From: Azolla caroliniana
Taxonomy: Eukaryota; Plantae; Polypodiophyta
Assembly: GCA_043228905.1 (NCBI GenBank)
Contig: JBHGNT010000003.1
Coordinates: 7,378,001-7,442,000, forward strand
Reading direction: 5' to 3'
DNA length: 64,000 nucleotides
In this document: positions 28,365 to 41,500 of the stretch, piece by piece
Layout of the letters: the number at the start of each line of letters is the position of its first letter
How positions within the stretch are numbered: the first letter of the stretch is position 1
The notes under the pieces: generated by a model
Databases searched by the model: none
What the model was told of the DNA's origin: nothing
The model's input: only the letters and a program-made list of their open reading frames with translations
Position numbers and translations under genes: made by a program

Positions 28365-29774
28365 TGTTCCATGTTAGCACGAATAGATAGCACATCACAC
28401 AAGGCTCTCTTAGATTTAGGAAGCACGATCTCTTCTATTAGCATACATTTAATCAATTCATTAAACTTACCCACGTCCCCAGTAATACCAATACATGTAG
28501 TCTTTGGTGATAAACAACGAGTCTACCAATCGTCCACACAAGCACATTGCACCTTCCTTTTAGCACAACATAAGTTCCTACATTCATTTTATGTATTACC
28601 ACGCCAATTATTTCCCATGACATTAGGTTGCGATTGGTTTATCAAAACTGGTGCATAACTACATTTTGATACTCAATCACTAGTTCTACCATCCCTTAAG
28701 CCGTTCACAAAGATTCCCTTGCTTAACTCACCACAACTTAGCAAGCACATAATGCATACACAAGTTCATCTAGAATCAACCATAGTACGGACCGTTGACA
28801 TCCAAGTACGACCTGTACCCGCTTCCACGCGCGGATGATCTATTGGATCAAGTCAGGAAGTCCAAATATTTCACATCACTAGACCTTGCATCAGGCTATT
28901 GATAGATCCATTAAGCCCTACAGACAAATGTACAACTCCAATGGGGCGCTACTACATTAAAATTGTTGGGTTTCATCATATTCGGCACAAGAATCCGGAT
29001 GGACCCTGCAAAGATCAAGGCAATCACTGATTATCCGCAACCGGCGAATGTCAAGTCACTCCAAAGCCTCTTAGGTCTTGTCAACTTCTCTCTCTGGTTT
29101 GTTCCACAACTCGCAACCATCACACAACCGTTGTGCCTCTTAATGAAGAACGACACACCATTCTCTTGGTCCAAGGCTTGCATAGAGAGTTTTAGACAAA
29201 GCAAACAAATCATTCAAGAAGCCGTCCAATTAGCATTTCTGGATTTTAGCAAGACATTTCGCCTACAAACGGACGCATCAAATACAAGAATCGATGTTGT
29301 TTTGGTATAGCTGGATCACTTAGACGATTGGCGATCGCCTACATTAGTCAAGCTGTCATGAAGGCCAAGCTGAACTACTCAACTACAGAAAAGGAATTCT
29401 TGGCAATGGTTTGGGCCTTCCAAAAATTTCACCCATATTTGCATGGGACCACAGTTTAGGAAGAAACGGACCATCAAACCTTAGTATAATTGATACACAA
29501 AAGCCATCCACTTGATCGTTTATTGCGCTGGGCATTAACATTAGAAGAGTACAGATTCACCATGACCTACAAACATGGCATCACTAATATAGTAGTTGAT
29601 TCACTATTTCGCATAGAGCATTAGGCGACCCATGGATAGAAACTGAACTACAATAACTTTCCAATCATAGAAAAAATGACAATTTACTCCACAAGAAACC
29701 CCAAACTAGAATGGAATATGTACCCACTAAGCTCTCAACGTCAAGGGAGATATTGGGGGAATTTTTTTTAAAAA

Positions 29775-30752
29775 CTTAGATTTTCAACTTTTACTCTATA
29801 AATCTAGAATCCAATGTAGTGCACTGGATTTAAGTTGAAAATCTATGATATTTTCATTTTTTTTTACTGTTTTCCATTTTTTCCATAAAAAATAAAAACA
29901 AAAAAAATCTTGGATTCATCGGATTTTACTCCATACATCTAGAATTTGATGCATTGCATTGGATTTTCAGTTGAAAATCTACAATTTTATTATTATTTTT
30001 CATTTTTTCCATAAAAAAAATAAATCTTGGATTTTCAACTGAAATCCAATGCATTGCATCGGATTTTACTCAATACATCTCGAATTTGATGCACTGCATT
30101 GGGTTTCAGTTGAAAATCTACGTTTTTAAAAGAAAAATCCATTTTTTTCATGGATTTTCAACTGAAATCCGATGCACTACATCAAATTTTACTCTATACA
30201 TCTAGAATTCGATGCAGTGCACCATATTTCATTTGAAAGTTATTTTTATTTCTTTTCATTTTCTTTTATTTTTTTCATATTTTCCATAAAAAATAAAAAA
30301 ATCTTCAATTTTCAACTGAAATTTGATGCACTACATTGGATTTGAATTGAAAATCCAAAATTTTGTAATTTTTTAAATTTTTTTCCATAAAATAAAAATA
30401 AAACAAAAAACTCTTGGATTTTCAATTGAAATCCAATGCACTACATCGGATTCTAGATGTATAGAGTAAAATCTGATGTAGTGCATTGTATTTTAGTTGA
30501 AAATCCAATTTTTTTTTATTTTTCTATGGAAAAAAATGGAAAACATTTTAAAAAATGGGAAAAAATAAAAAAGATTGTAGATTTTCAACTAAAACCGATG
30601 TAGTGCATTGGATTTCAGTTGAAACTCCAAGATTTTATAAAAAATTTTTTTTTTTTAATGGGAAAAATGAAAAAGAAGAAGAAATTGTAGATTTTGAACT
30701 GAATTCTGATGCAGTGGCTTAGATTCTAGATGTATAGAGTAAAATCCGATCA
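29775..30752. repeat. Foldback array of ~8 palindromic units separated by A/T tracts
   Basis: Arms gattttcaactgaaatccaatgca / tgcattggatttcagttgaaaatc flank a core ggattttactctatacatctagaat. The core is forward in the left units and reversed in the right units. Confidence 0.85.
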
Positions 30753-31307
30753 TATGAAACGTGAAAGTGTGGACCCATCCACCTACATCCAATAAATACA
30801 GAACTACATATTAATGCATTCGAATGAGCATACACAACAGAAAGAAAAGGCCTACATAGTCCCTTTCTGGGATTAGTATATAAGATTCTCAACTGTAAAA
30901 TTTTAAAACTAATGGAAGGAGTTTTTTTTTTCCAAAAAAATTACTACTTTCATTAGTTAAGTCAATGTACATAGGATAATATACAACTCATATCTTACAG
31001 GCCAACTTGCATGGCTACAAAGAACCCAACATGTATAAAGAAAGGAACAAAAACTCATAATCACTGCATCATCCGATGAACATAGAATTACTCGACCGCA
31101 TATTCTCAACATGAGCGTCATACAACCCTAATTCAGCATAGACATCCTCCAATCTTTTCACGTGGCAACACCCACCTATATATTTGGTACCCTCGGAGGG
31201 AACAACCACCGTGGTGGCTAATAAATCCACTTTGCATTGTCATCCACCATCTGCGGTATCAGAGAACCTCTCCATTTAAGAAGGAAACGACCTCTAGAAA
31301 TAAGATT

Positions 31308-31745
31308 TGTTAAGTAATTAGGTAATTAACTAGGGTTAATTAGAGACTAATTATATGGTTACGTTAAGCAGCGGAAGATTAGTATGATATGCGGGTGAGA
31401 GTGTGTGAGAGGAAGAGAGAGAGAGAGGAAGTTACACTTGAACACAAAAATAAATGGGGGATGATTGACTATATTGAAAAGTGTCATCAACATACAAAAA
31501 TACCCACAATGAGGTATATATACAACCCATGTGCAAAGGTGCACACGTGTGTGTAGAACATAGGTACTTATGTGTAAGTCCTACATTAAATGTACTAAGG
31601 AGTGGAGGATCTAGAATATCCCACTTAAGTACAAGGTTCTATTTAAGGCTTAAGGTCAACACATTAACTAGATTCGATCTAGGTAACTACTAAGTTACAT
31701 GTGTTGACTAACTAGATTAAACTAGTTGAGCTTGATATCTCAACA
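31308..31745 (-). repeat. Copia-3 3' LTR
   Basis: Near-identical to 35658-36095. Confidence 0.95.
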
Positions 31746-31814
31746 CGCCCCCTCAAGCTCAAGTGTGAGGCGTCCAACGTCCGGTTTAGCTTCCTTTGGC
31801 TTCCTCGGCATCGG

Positions 31815-32140
31815 TGCAGCTTGCGGGTTTCTTCGTGTCTTCGCGGCTTCGTTGCGCGGCTCTCCGCAACTTTGTTGCGCGGTGTTGTGCGGCTCTCCGC
31901 GGCTTTGTTGCGCGGTGTTGCACGGCTTTCTTCGCGTCTTCGCGGTTCGTTGCGCGGTTCTCCGCGGCTTTGTTGCGTGGTATTGCGCGACTCTCCGCGG
32001 CTTTGTTGCGCGGCGTTGCGCGGCTTTCTTCGCGTCTTCGCAACTTCGTTGCGCGGTTCTCCGCGGCGGCGTTGCGCAGCTTTCTTCGCGTCTTCGCAGC
32101 TTCCTGCAGCTTTGTTGCGCGTCGTTGCGCGGCTTTCTTC
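31815..32140. repeat. GC-rich minisatellite in the Copia-3 3' region
   Basis: Repeated ctccgcggctttgttgcgcgg and gctttcttcgcgtcttcgc blocks. Confidence 0.85.
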
Positions 32141-33242
32141 TCCCCCTCAAGCCTGTGATGAAGGCTTGGATCCTCGGGCTCTTGATCGGCCACTACCTTC
32201 ATCTCGAGGGCATAGTGATGGGCCATATACTCGTTGTAAGCGTAACGAGTGACTTGGGTCTTCGCTCGTGATGAGCAGCGGAGTTTCTCGTTTGTCGATG
32301 TGATTGCCTTCTTTACTCCAGGTGTCCTCATGATGGGTACACCGAACTCACTGTCTAGTGAGCGAGCCGAATCATCCGAATCACGGTCGTCGGGGTGGAC
32401 CTCGACTTCGTATTCGGGCATCTTACCTTTGCCTTTGTCCGATGTCGGACTTGGCCGTGACGTGTTTTCATTGCGTGGAGGCTCTTGCGGGCCAATTAGC
32501 TCGGTAGAGCTTGGATTGTCCTTCGGTGGAGGACTTGGCTGAGTTTCATCGTTCGAGTTGGCGTTCAACTCTTCCTCGATCGGGTCGGATGGAGTCGCAT
32601 CGGGCTTATACCAAGATGCCGATTCGTCAAAAACGACGTCGCAACTTATCCGCACCGCTCGGGTCGAAGGGTTGAAGCATTTGTACACCTTTTTCGCGGA
32701 CAAGTATCCTATGAGGATACATTCTTCTGACTTCGCGTCGGGGTTCTCTCGACTTTCGTTCGGGATGCGTACATTCGCAATGCTTCCGAACACCTTGAGG
32801 TGAGAGAGGATGGGCTTTCTTCCAACGAAGATCTCGTATGGAGTAAGGTCGTGCACGCTATTTGTGGTGCATCGATTCATGAGATAGACTGCCGTGGATG
32901 CCGCGTCCGCCCAATAGAAGTTCGGCATGTGCTTCTCACGCATCATGGTGCGTGCTACCTCGAGTATTTGCCGATTCTTTCTCTCGGCTACTCCGTTTTG
33001 TTGGGGAGTTTGTCGGCATGAGAATTCTCTACGAATGCCTTCACCTTGGAGGTAGGAGATGAACTCGTCGGAGAAGTACTCCTTTCCTCCATCCGATCGT
33101 AGGCATCGAATGTGCCGACCGGTTTCTTTCTCCACTTGGCTTTTGAGCCTTTGAAAGTCTTCTTCATCGGGTATATCCACGCGTAGCGCAAGTGGTCGTT
33201 GATGAAGGTGACGTAGTAGCGGCATCCGCCGAGCGTCGGCGT

Positions 33243-33904
33243 CATAGATTGACATATTCGCATTCGTGGGGTTTCCCATTCGAATGCAAATGAATACGAA
33301 TACGAATGGTTAGTCAAGTATTCGTTTACCCCCCCCCCCCCCCCCCCCCCCCCCTTCCCAAAAAAAAAAAACTTAAAAAAATAAAATTCCTAAGATAAAT
33401 AAAAAAGAACTTAACAATAAATAGGGATAATAAAAGAGGGACTTTTGGGACTTGACACTACTAAAATTTTATAATAAATGTATAGTCGTTTTATTTTTAA
33501 TAAATAAATAAAATAAAATAAAGGCTGATTAATTTCTCACTTTTTATTTCCTCAAAATTTATGGATATTTTTATCTTGACATTAAAAATGGTACTTCAAA
33601 CTAATTATATCTTCAAAGTTCATACTAATAGTAATCATATTTGTATAATAAATATAAAAATATTCATTTAAAAAAAATTAATTAATTAAAATAAGTTTCA
33701 TAAACTCTCTTGACACTATAATCTATTAATGAATAATTGTTTTTTTTTGGTGAAATACATTTATTTAAATAAATAAATAATTTTTTATATTTATTTTACA
33801 AAACGAATGGTTTTTTAATATTCTTGGGGCCATTTTGTATTCTCGAATATTGAGAATATTGCGCATGGAGAATAACACAAATATCACACATGTGTCAATC
33901 TATG
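33243..33904. mobile_element. Non-autonomous hAT-type DNA transposon (MITE, 662 bp) inserted in the Copia-3 integrase
   Basis: TIRs catagattgacatat / atgtgtcaatctatg (14/15 match). 8-bp TSD GTCGGCGT at 33235-33242 and 33905-33912. AT-rich interior. Removing it restores WGPAQTPTLGGCRYY. Confidence 0.93.
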
Positions 33905-35657
33905 GTCGGCGTTTGAGCCGGTCCCCATACATCTGAGTGGATTATGTCAAGGAGGCCTTTGCTTGCGAAGCTCTCCTTCAGGAATGGGAGTCGATGTTGT
34001 TTGCCGAGTTGGCATGCTTCGCACACTCGGTCGACTCGTTTCGATTCGAAGGCCGGAAGTCTGATTACGACTCCCTTTGATTGCATTCCGCGAAGCCGTT
34101 GGAGGTTTACGTGGCCGATTCGCTTGTGCCACAACTCGATGTTTGTCTCGGTCTTGAGACCTTTGGCGTACATGGCCGATTTTACCTCGTTTGAGTCGAG
34201 GATGAACAAGCGACCGTCTCTCCGTCCCTTGGCTATGAGTCGGCCGTCTTTCTTGATGAAGCAACCTTCATTGTTGAAGCGGACTTGCATGCCTTCCTCC
34301 ACGATTTGGCCGACCGAGACCAAATTCTTTGTTATTGTGGGCACGTGCAAGACATCTTGATGCAGGTTTGCTTGCCTTCTTTCCCAAATGGGATGCGGAG
34401 TGTCGTCTCCGGTCTCTATGTAGACGGGTCGATCTGGCGTTCGCAAGTCACGAAACCACTCTTGGTGCGACGTCATGTGGTGCGAGGCGCCGGAGTCTAC
34501 GAACCACGCGTGTTCGGAGTTGGAGGTGCTTGCGGAGTTTGTGGGATCGGAGGCCATCATAGAGTTCGCTCTATGCCTCATCACGAAGAGTCCACCGTAG
34601 TCCGCGTATTCCGCGTTCGCGGCGTAATTTGTGAGTTGCTGGCTTGTTGAAGCCGACTCGCTTCGTCTTTTTCAGCACTCCTCTTCGCGATGGCCGATTT
34701 TGCTGCAATAGTTGCACGTAGGTGGTGTCATTCCCCGACCTTGTTTGGCATGGAAGCTCCCCCTTCTTGTGAAGGTTCCTCGATGGCTTCCGTTTCCTTG
34801 CCGAAATTGTGAATTCCCTTCGTGGGATAGGTGGAATTGACCTCTTCCGCGTTGACCTCGTCTATGGGCACCATCCGTATCGGAGAAGAGCATGGTGTTG
34901 GTCTTTGGTTGAACATGGTTTTCTTCGACCAATAGCATTGACTGGAGGTTGAAGAATGAGGGAGGGGTATCTCTCGCCAAGATTGTCGTTCTCAACGGGT
35001 TGAATCGTTGTGCGAGGCCGCCCAAGCATACTTGCACCATCTCGTCCTCGTCGATGTTGACGTTGATGGAGCAAAGAGAGTCGCAAATGCTCTTGATCTT
35101 GGCGGTGTAGTTCATCACGGACATTTCTTTTTGTCGTATGTTGTTCAACTCTTGCCAGAGTTGAAGCTTGCGCGCGGATGTGTCCGCGGCGAAAATCTTC
35201 TTGAGATTTTCCCACGCCTCTTTGGGCGTCTTGGCGTCACGAATGTGGCTAAGCATGTGGTCGTTTACACATGTTGCCAAGCAATACATTACCTGACTTG
35301 CGCCTTGCTCCCACGTTGGGTAGTTGGCGTTTGTGGTTTCGGGTTTGCTTTCTTGTGCGCCGTTGATGTAGCTCCAATACCCTTGGCCGACAAGGTATTG
35401 ATTCATCTTGTACTCCCAAGATGAATAGTTGCTTCGGTCTAGCTTTTCACTAGGGAGCGAGCTTCCCATTTGTTTGTTCATGTTGATTGTTGTGTCTTCC
35501 GTTTTGTTTTTCTTCTCTTGGTCGCGTACACGTCCTTCGTAGCGGCACTACGGTAGCGGATAGCGAATAGCTGGGATTTGTCGTCGGCGTCTCGAACACA
35601 CAATCACGAATAAGCGGTGGGCTTAGTGGATTTCCTAAACCACGCGCTCTGAGACCA

Positions 35658-36095
35658 TGTTAGGTAATTAGGTAATTAACTAGGGTTAATTAGAGACTAA
35701 TTATATGGTTATGTTAAGCAGCGGAAGATTAGTATGATATGCGGGTGAGAGTGTGTGAGAGGAAGAGAGAGAGAGAGGAAGTTACACTTGAACACAAAGA
35801 TAAATGGGGGATGATTGACTATATTGAAAAGTGTCATAAACATACAAAAATATCCACAATGAGGTATATATACAACCCATGTGCAAAGGTGCACATGTGT
35901 GGGTAGAACATAGGTACTTATGTGTATGTGCTACATTAAATGTACTAAGGAGTGGAGGATCTAGAATATCCCACTTAAGTACAAGGTCCTATTTAAGGCT
36001 TAAGTTCAACACATTAACTAGATTCGATCTAGGTAACTACTAAGTTACATGTGTTGACTAACTAGATTAAACTAATTGAGCTTGATATCTCAACA
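35658..36095 (-). repeat. Copia-3 5' LTR
   Basis: Adjacent to the PBS; TG...CA termini. Confidence 0.95.
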
Positions 36096-37923
36096 AGATT
36101 AAACTAGATCATCATTAAACTCTTAGCCGATGGGGTTCGCTTATTTGTGAAAGACTCCTTGCACCTAGATACCCTCACTTGCCAAATTGTAAGGCCGACC
36201 ACTAATAACCAAATGTCCACATACCGTTGTCGTGTGTAGAACGAACCTCCTTTTGCTTAAGGTTGTACAGTTCCATGCTCCACCTTTAAAGAACTTGGAC
36301 TATTTCCATTCCATCAATGAAACCACATAGCTGATTCAGTAGCCAACCAAATAGTTGTTACGCTTGATACATGAACATCAACCCCGCACTGAGCCAGGAT
36401 TCTTAAGCTCCTCGTCCAAACTTCTTGGGCTCACGGGCAACTACACAAACAATGTGCAATGTCCTCCGAACTCGCTCCACATGCCTTGAAATTACTCAGG
36501 CCACCCCTTTTCCCAAGCCACTCTCTGGTTGGAACCGCCTAATGGGTGATTAACCAAAAAGACACTTTGACCCTCTCGAGGAGGGATGAGTTCCATATGC
36601 TGTTCCTGGTTCTATCCACGAAGACCGAATCGATAGCTACATGGGCCCATTTATTGGCGCACTTGTCATGATGCAAGCATAACTTTCTCCCCAAGTGTGT
36701 CGAGTACTCGAAGAAACCTATTGATTTATTTTGTTCTCCCCTCCACTTATATTCTGCAAGATCCCATTCTAAACACTAGAGTGGATTACCTTCAACCACG
36801 TACAAGATCCAATTCTCCTCAACCTCATCGACTAGTGGATTCACCTTCCATTTCTTACCATCTCGTGGCACAATTCTATCGGGTACCAACTTGCAACTTT
36901 ATCTATTGATCCCAACTGAATGATCGTCTCGTTCTTTCCTAGACCCTTGGCATTGATAATTTATCATGTATCATCACATTGTTTGGACCATTCACCCTCT
37001 TCCCCATTATTGATAGGAACAAAGTATACAACTGTATTTACTAGGTCAAGCATCTTCTTGCCATTTTTGAACTTTCCCAAGTCATCATATAATTTCTCAC
37101 GATTACTGGCGGATAGTTGCATCCAATTTTCCATTGAATGAATCTTTGCATAGTACAATATAGCCCACGGCATACCCTTGCTCCATCCAAGCATCTTTCC
37201 CTTTGTCGACGTTAAGGTCTCGTTCCATAGTAGGGGTTGGTGCATCCATTCAACATTAGTACTTGGACCTATCCGACTTAGATGCCCACAGAGCGTACTC
37301 CACACCTTCATCACTGACATACATGTGCGATCAACCAACCGATTAGATTTCCTTTGCTTTAAGTCCATACAAAATAGCCATGATTTATGTGGCTTCTAAT
37401 GCCCACCAAGTCGCGGACTCCAGAGGATGCTCCTATTATGAATCAACATTTTCCATAACTCATTTCCGGGCAGCAAGCTCCTTACTAATACCATGCATAG
37501 CAATGGCTAACTCTGCAATGCAAGGTCAATAAATCCTAAACCCCAATTACTTTTGGGAAGAATCAACGTAGACCATGACACTGTAGTTGCCGCGTTGTCT
37601 TTCTTGTTCCCCGCCCATAAGAATCCCCTGATACACACCTTAACAGTATGAATAGCATGTCTGTCAAATCAATGGAGCATCTTGAACAAGTTCCATAAGC
37701 TCCCATTTTATCAGGGAGCTCTTTTACAATGTTTACAACCCCTTAGTCTCGTTTTTAGATGTAAGGTATCGGATACACTCTTCTGCCCCGTTATAAAACG
37801 TCTTCAAGGACGAGCTTTCTTCCCTTTCATCTTCCAAATCAGGCTCTAAGTCAAAAGAACATCCGGTCTCTACTCTACCTGAGTTGTTATTGATGAGGAC
37901 CATATGTGCTCTACTCCAACCGT

Positions 37924-38553
37924 TGTCGTGAAGAAAACCGGCCCGAAGAGGAATCAAGGAATTAAAGGCGTGAACTTGCCCTTGCACGAGTGTGCACGAA
38001 TTGATACATTGTACATAACTAGGAATAGGACGGCTAATGTAAATATACTAGGTGTAACATATTTATTAATTAGGGAATCGATGCGTATCTCTGTTCAAAG
38101 GGACAGAGAATAATGTTGACATGTTTTGATGTAACGGCCTCCTCGGTGACCTATAAAAGGGAAGGGGAATAGGAGAAGGGTATTACATTTTGGGGAGGGA
38201 AGAAGGAGGTGCTATTGGACTGGAAACTGAGCTCTCTCTTCCTCTATCATCATTCTCTGCAGGGTTGCAACCGTTGTAATTGCGATTGTTATTGTAATAG
38301 AATCTCTTGTTTCCGCCGATCCGTGTTATATGTGTTCAGGAAGTCTCTTCTTTCATCTCTCTTGAGTGTGCTCTTTGATTGAGTCGGTATATGCGTTGGT
38401 GGTCCAATCAGCCCGTAAGTGTCGCCGGTTGCTGATAGGTCTAGTAGCCCTCGCACTGTCGCGCTCCTCACTTCCTCTTGTCTCTCTTGCTCCTCGGTTC
38501 AGGGCCCCCATAGTCCCGCCTTATTTCACACATGCATGCGTAATAACGCGACA
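37924..38553 (+). repeat. Gypsy-A 5' LTR
   Basis: Direct repeat of 44222-44853. TATA-like ctataaaag near 38151. Confidence 0.95.
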
Positions 38554-38557
38554 TATT

Positions 38558-38574
38558 TGGTGAACCCGACGTGA
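38558..38574 (+). promoter_or_regulatory. Primer-binding site complementary to the tRNA-Trp 3' end
   Basis: TGGTGAACCCGACGTGA, complement of ...UCACGUCGGGUUCACCA (tRNA-Trp, from memory). Identical copy at 56024-56040. Confidence 0.8.
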
Positions 38575-38598
38575 AACCAGGTGGCAGAGGAGTCGAAG

Positions 38599-41500
38599 AT
38601 GAGGGGATCGGAGCTCGCCGAAGCCATGGCAGCAGCAGTCGATCGGATAGTAAGTGCTTGCGAGGGCACAAGTGCCCTCGACAGGGCCATTGAAGAAATT
38701 GTCGGCACAATAGGCCGATTCGGTGGGAAAGATGCCACGAGCTATTTGGTGGCCTACCGGGCCGAGACGGTGATGAGAGACATTCCGGAGAATAGGCGTA
38801 TGTCCGGGTTCCCTCGGCTGGCGACACCAGCCATCCACGTAGAGGTGCTTGAGGTACAGGCTGGATGCCGGACCCGGGGAGAATTTGAAGCACGTCTTCT
38901 CGAGAGGTACGGGCTTGATGACACGCTTCGGTTATCGAGGCGGGACTTCATGGAGTGGGTGGAAACCCCCGGGAAGGGGAGGAATGCATCTGCGCTCCTC
39001 CAGGAGTTCGAAGAACGCTTCACACGGCTCTCAACGCTGAACAGGACCGTGCTGGACACGAGCTGTGTCCTGTTGTTTGTTAAATCGGTGGACGTGCGGG
39101 ATAGGGGCCAGGTGGGTCTCCTGTTGGAGGCAGATGATGGGCTGACGACCGTCTGGGCTGTGGTCAAAGGGGTCTACAACCGCTTCGACAAACAGCGAGA
39201 CTGGGGAGAAGTCGTCGGTGACGGGACCCACCCCGGCAAGGAAGTTTGACGAGCCTTCGCCGGCACGAAGGGAGGAAACCCGGGATTGGATTGAAACTGG
39301 CCGAACGTCGACCGGAGCGGTCAAGGGCCCATCCAGGGGAGCGGCTCTTGAGGAGCTGACACAAATGGTGCGCGACCTGCAGATAGCGCAAGACCAAACA
39401 GATAGTGGAGGGCAGCCACGCGACCGAAGGCCACCAGCTGGACAACGGTGTATGTGGTGCGACACGGTCGGGCATAACCGGCGAGACTGCGTGGATTTTG
39501 CTGAAGCCCTCAGGGGTACTGTGGTGTAACTATGGAATGGATGGGTGCACGCCGGTGATACTCGGAGAGCCATGGAGACAAATTTTGGGCGTGGCAGGAT
39601 GAAGCGGCTAACGGAAGAAGTGGAAGCGCACCATACGGAGGCAGTCCATTATTCGGCATCGGCCAAAATCCGGGTGGGAGGTGACGAAAACCAGAAAACG
39701 AAGGACTCTGGCTTCTAGCCCTCGGTGCTAGAAGGCCTCTCTGGCGCATGACTGAAGAAGGAGAAAGCGAGTCGCTCAGAGTAGCGGGTCCAAGGGGTCA
39801 CTGGATGGGACGATCCGGTTGAGGAGAAGATCGGTCTCGTGGAAGCCGTGTGCTAGAACTATGAGGTTCTGGTAAAAGACAAGTGCGGTATGAGACCCGG
39901 TTCGGGCAGAAGCAAAACGATGCCGGCAACCTCGGCGCACCGGACAAAACGAAGCGGGCTGGTTACCGGTTGAGCATGGAGATCAAGAGATGAACGGACC
40001 TGCGGAAGGTCCTCGAAGAACGGATCCTCGACAGCAAGGTGGAGCTGTCGCTAAGGGAGGTTCTTGGGATCGCCAAGAAGGAGTTCCACGATTCCATCGT
40101 GGACTTGGTGAAGTGGAAACGGCTGTCGATGGAGCCGGAACCAGAGAAGCCCATGGAGGTGCGAATCACGCACCTAGAGGACATGGCCCTGGATGACGAG
40201 TTGGCGGAAAGCCACTATTCGAGGTCGCACTGGGCCAGGGCCACTACGGAGACCCTTGTTCAGATCCGGGATGTCCAAGAGCCTGTGGTGGCATTGATAG
40301 ACCATGGCTCGGAGATCAACCTGATGTCCATGGACTTCTATAGAAAGGGGAAGTGGCCGATCAACACCAAGCAGGGCTGGAAAATACGTGCGACGACCCA
40401 TGCTACGGAGGAGCTAGACGGTGCTTGCCTGAATGTACGCGTCAAGATCGGCGACGTCGAGATCGATCAACACTTTTTCATGCAGGAGACGTCCTCGCAC
40501 CCGATGATACTCGGCGCGCCATACATTCCACCGACGCGTATGGAGACAAGGGTGTTGGATAACGGTTCGGCATATGCGCGCGTAAAGAGCCAAGATGGAC
40601 TGCACTCCGTCCAATTCCTGATCGTACGACCGAACCATGAGCGGAACTGAGAAACCCTCGGCACCGGCGAATGAGGGGATTTTTAGAGAGGGCTATCAAG
40701 GTGTGGGGCCACGATAGTCCGAACACCCCGGAGGATCCCCACACATGTACCATAGGTAGGAAATTTTGGTTGTCCAATAACGGAGGTTGTAATATAGCCA
40801 TCATTAGCGGCCGGGAGAAGAAGCGGGTAGAGAAACGACTCAGGACATGCGGAATCCTCGACCCCGATGAGGAAATTAGTGGCGCCGTGGAGGCGCTCTC
40901 TTTTGATGACACCCTTGGGGAAATCGGGAAGATGATCGAAGAAGGCCTCAGTGAAGAGCGGATGATTCCGGTTAACTCGGTGGGAATGTACGAAGTCATC
41001 GCCGACTTCAGAGAAAGGGTCAGGTCGGACCGAACGACCTGCGTGCATACAAGGTACAAGACTGTGGACCGGAAGGTGCGGCCAGTCGCGGCACCCTTGC
41101 CGGAAGCCAGTGAGGAACGAATAAAGGGGGTCGCGTGGGACCCAAGTTTGCGGAATCCGGCCGGCATAGGACACGGGTTCACCAACATAACGTTACGGGA
41201 GCTCAAGGTCGGTGGGGCTGGCTTCCTACTGCCGGCGGAGGAGGAGAGGTTTCAGAGAATGATCGGAAGGCACGGGAAGGCCTTCGCGTTCACGCCGGGG
41301 GAGATCGGGTTCGTGGACCCAACGATCGTGGAACCAATGGTGATTTTCACAGTACTGCATGTTTCGTGGAATCTCAAGCCAATTCCGGTACCTAGAGCTC
41401 ACATCCCGGAGTTGGTGAAGCTGCTGAAACGGAAGGTGGAAATGGGCATCCTCTAGCCATCGAGTGCGCCATATTCAAACCGGTGGTTTATGGTGCCAAA

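Larger units (their letters stand above)
21567..29640 (+). mobile_element. Old Ty3/Gypsy relic (Gypsy-E), interrupted by Copia-2
   Basis: PBS-like tggtggagactacgggca (tRNA-Ala-like) after ...ttttaca at 21565. Gag fragment EDVLACLDHFDLVA (21764-22087), protease ALLDLGSTIS (28371+), RT end MDPAKIKAI, RNase H FRLQTDAS/NYSTTEKE/TDHQ. Confidence 0.75.
31786..35481 (-). pseudogene. Copia-3 gag-protease-integrase
   Basis: KLDRSNYSSWEYKM, CNYCSKIGHREEEC, WFVDSGASHHM, LWHKRIGH, RSDGGKEY, PQQNGVAERKNR. No RT motifs follow. Confidence 0.92.
31308..36095 (-). mobile_element. Ty1/Copia element (Copia-3), related to Copia-1, lacking RT and RNase H
   Basis: LTRs 31308-31745 and 35658-36095 (438 bp each). 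TSD AGATT at 31303-31307 and 36096-36100. PBS tggtctcagagc 35646-35657. PPT ttgagggggcg. Confidence 0.96.

Noticed and set aside
29775-30752. CRISPR-like repeat-spacer appearance
   Set aside because: Spacers are related low-complexity A/T tracts, the units invert and vary in length, there are no cas genes, and the context is eukaryotic.
31726-32271. Overlapping Arg/Ala/Cys-rich ORFs as an extra or env-like gene
   Set aside because: They are by-products of a stop-poor GC minisatellite that is open in several frames.
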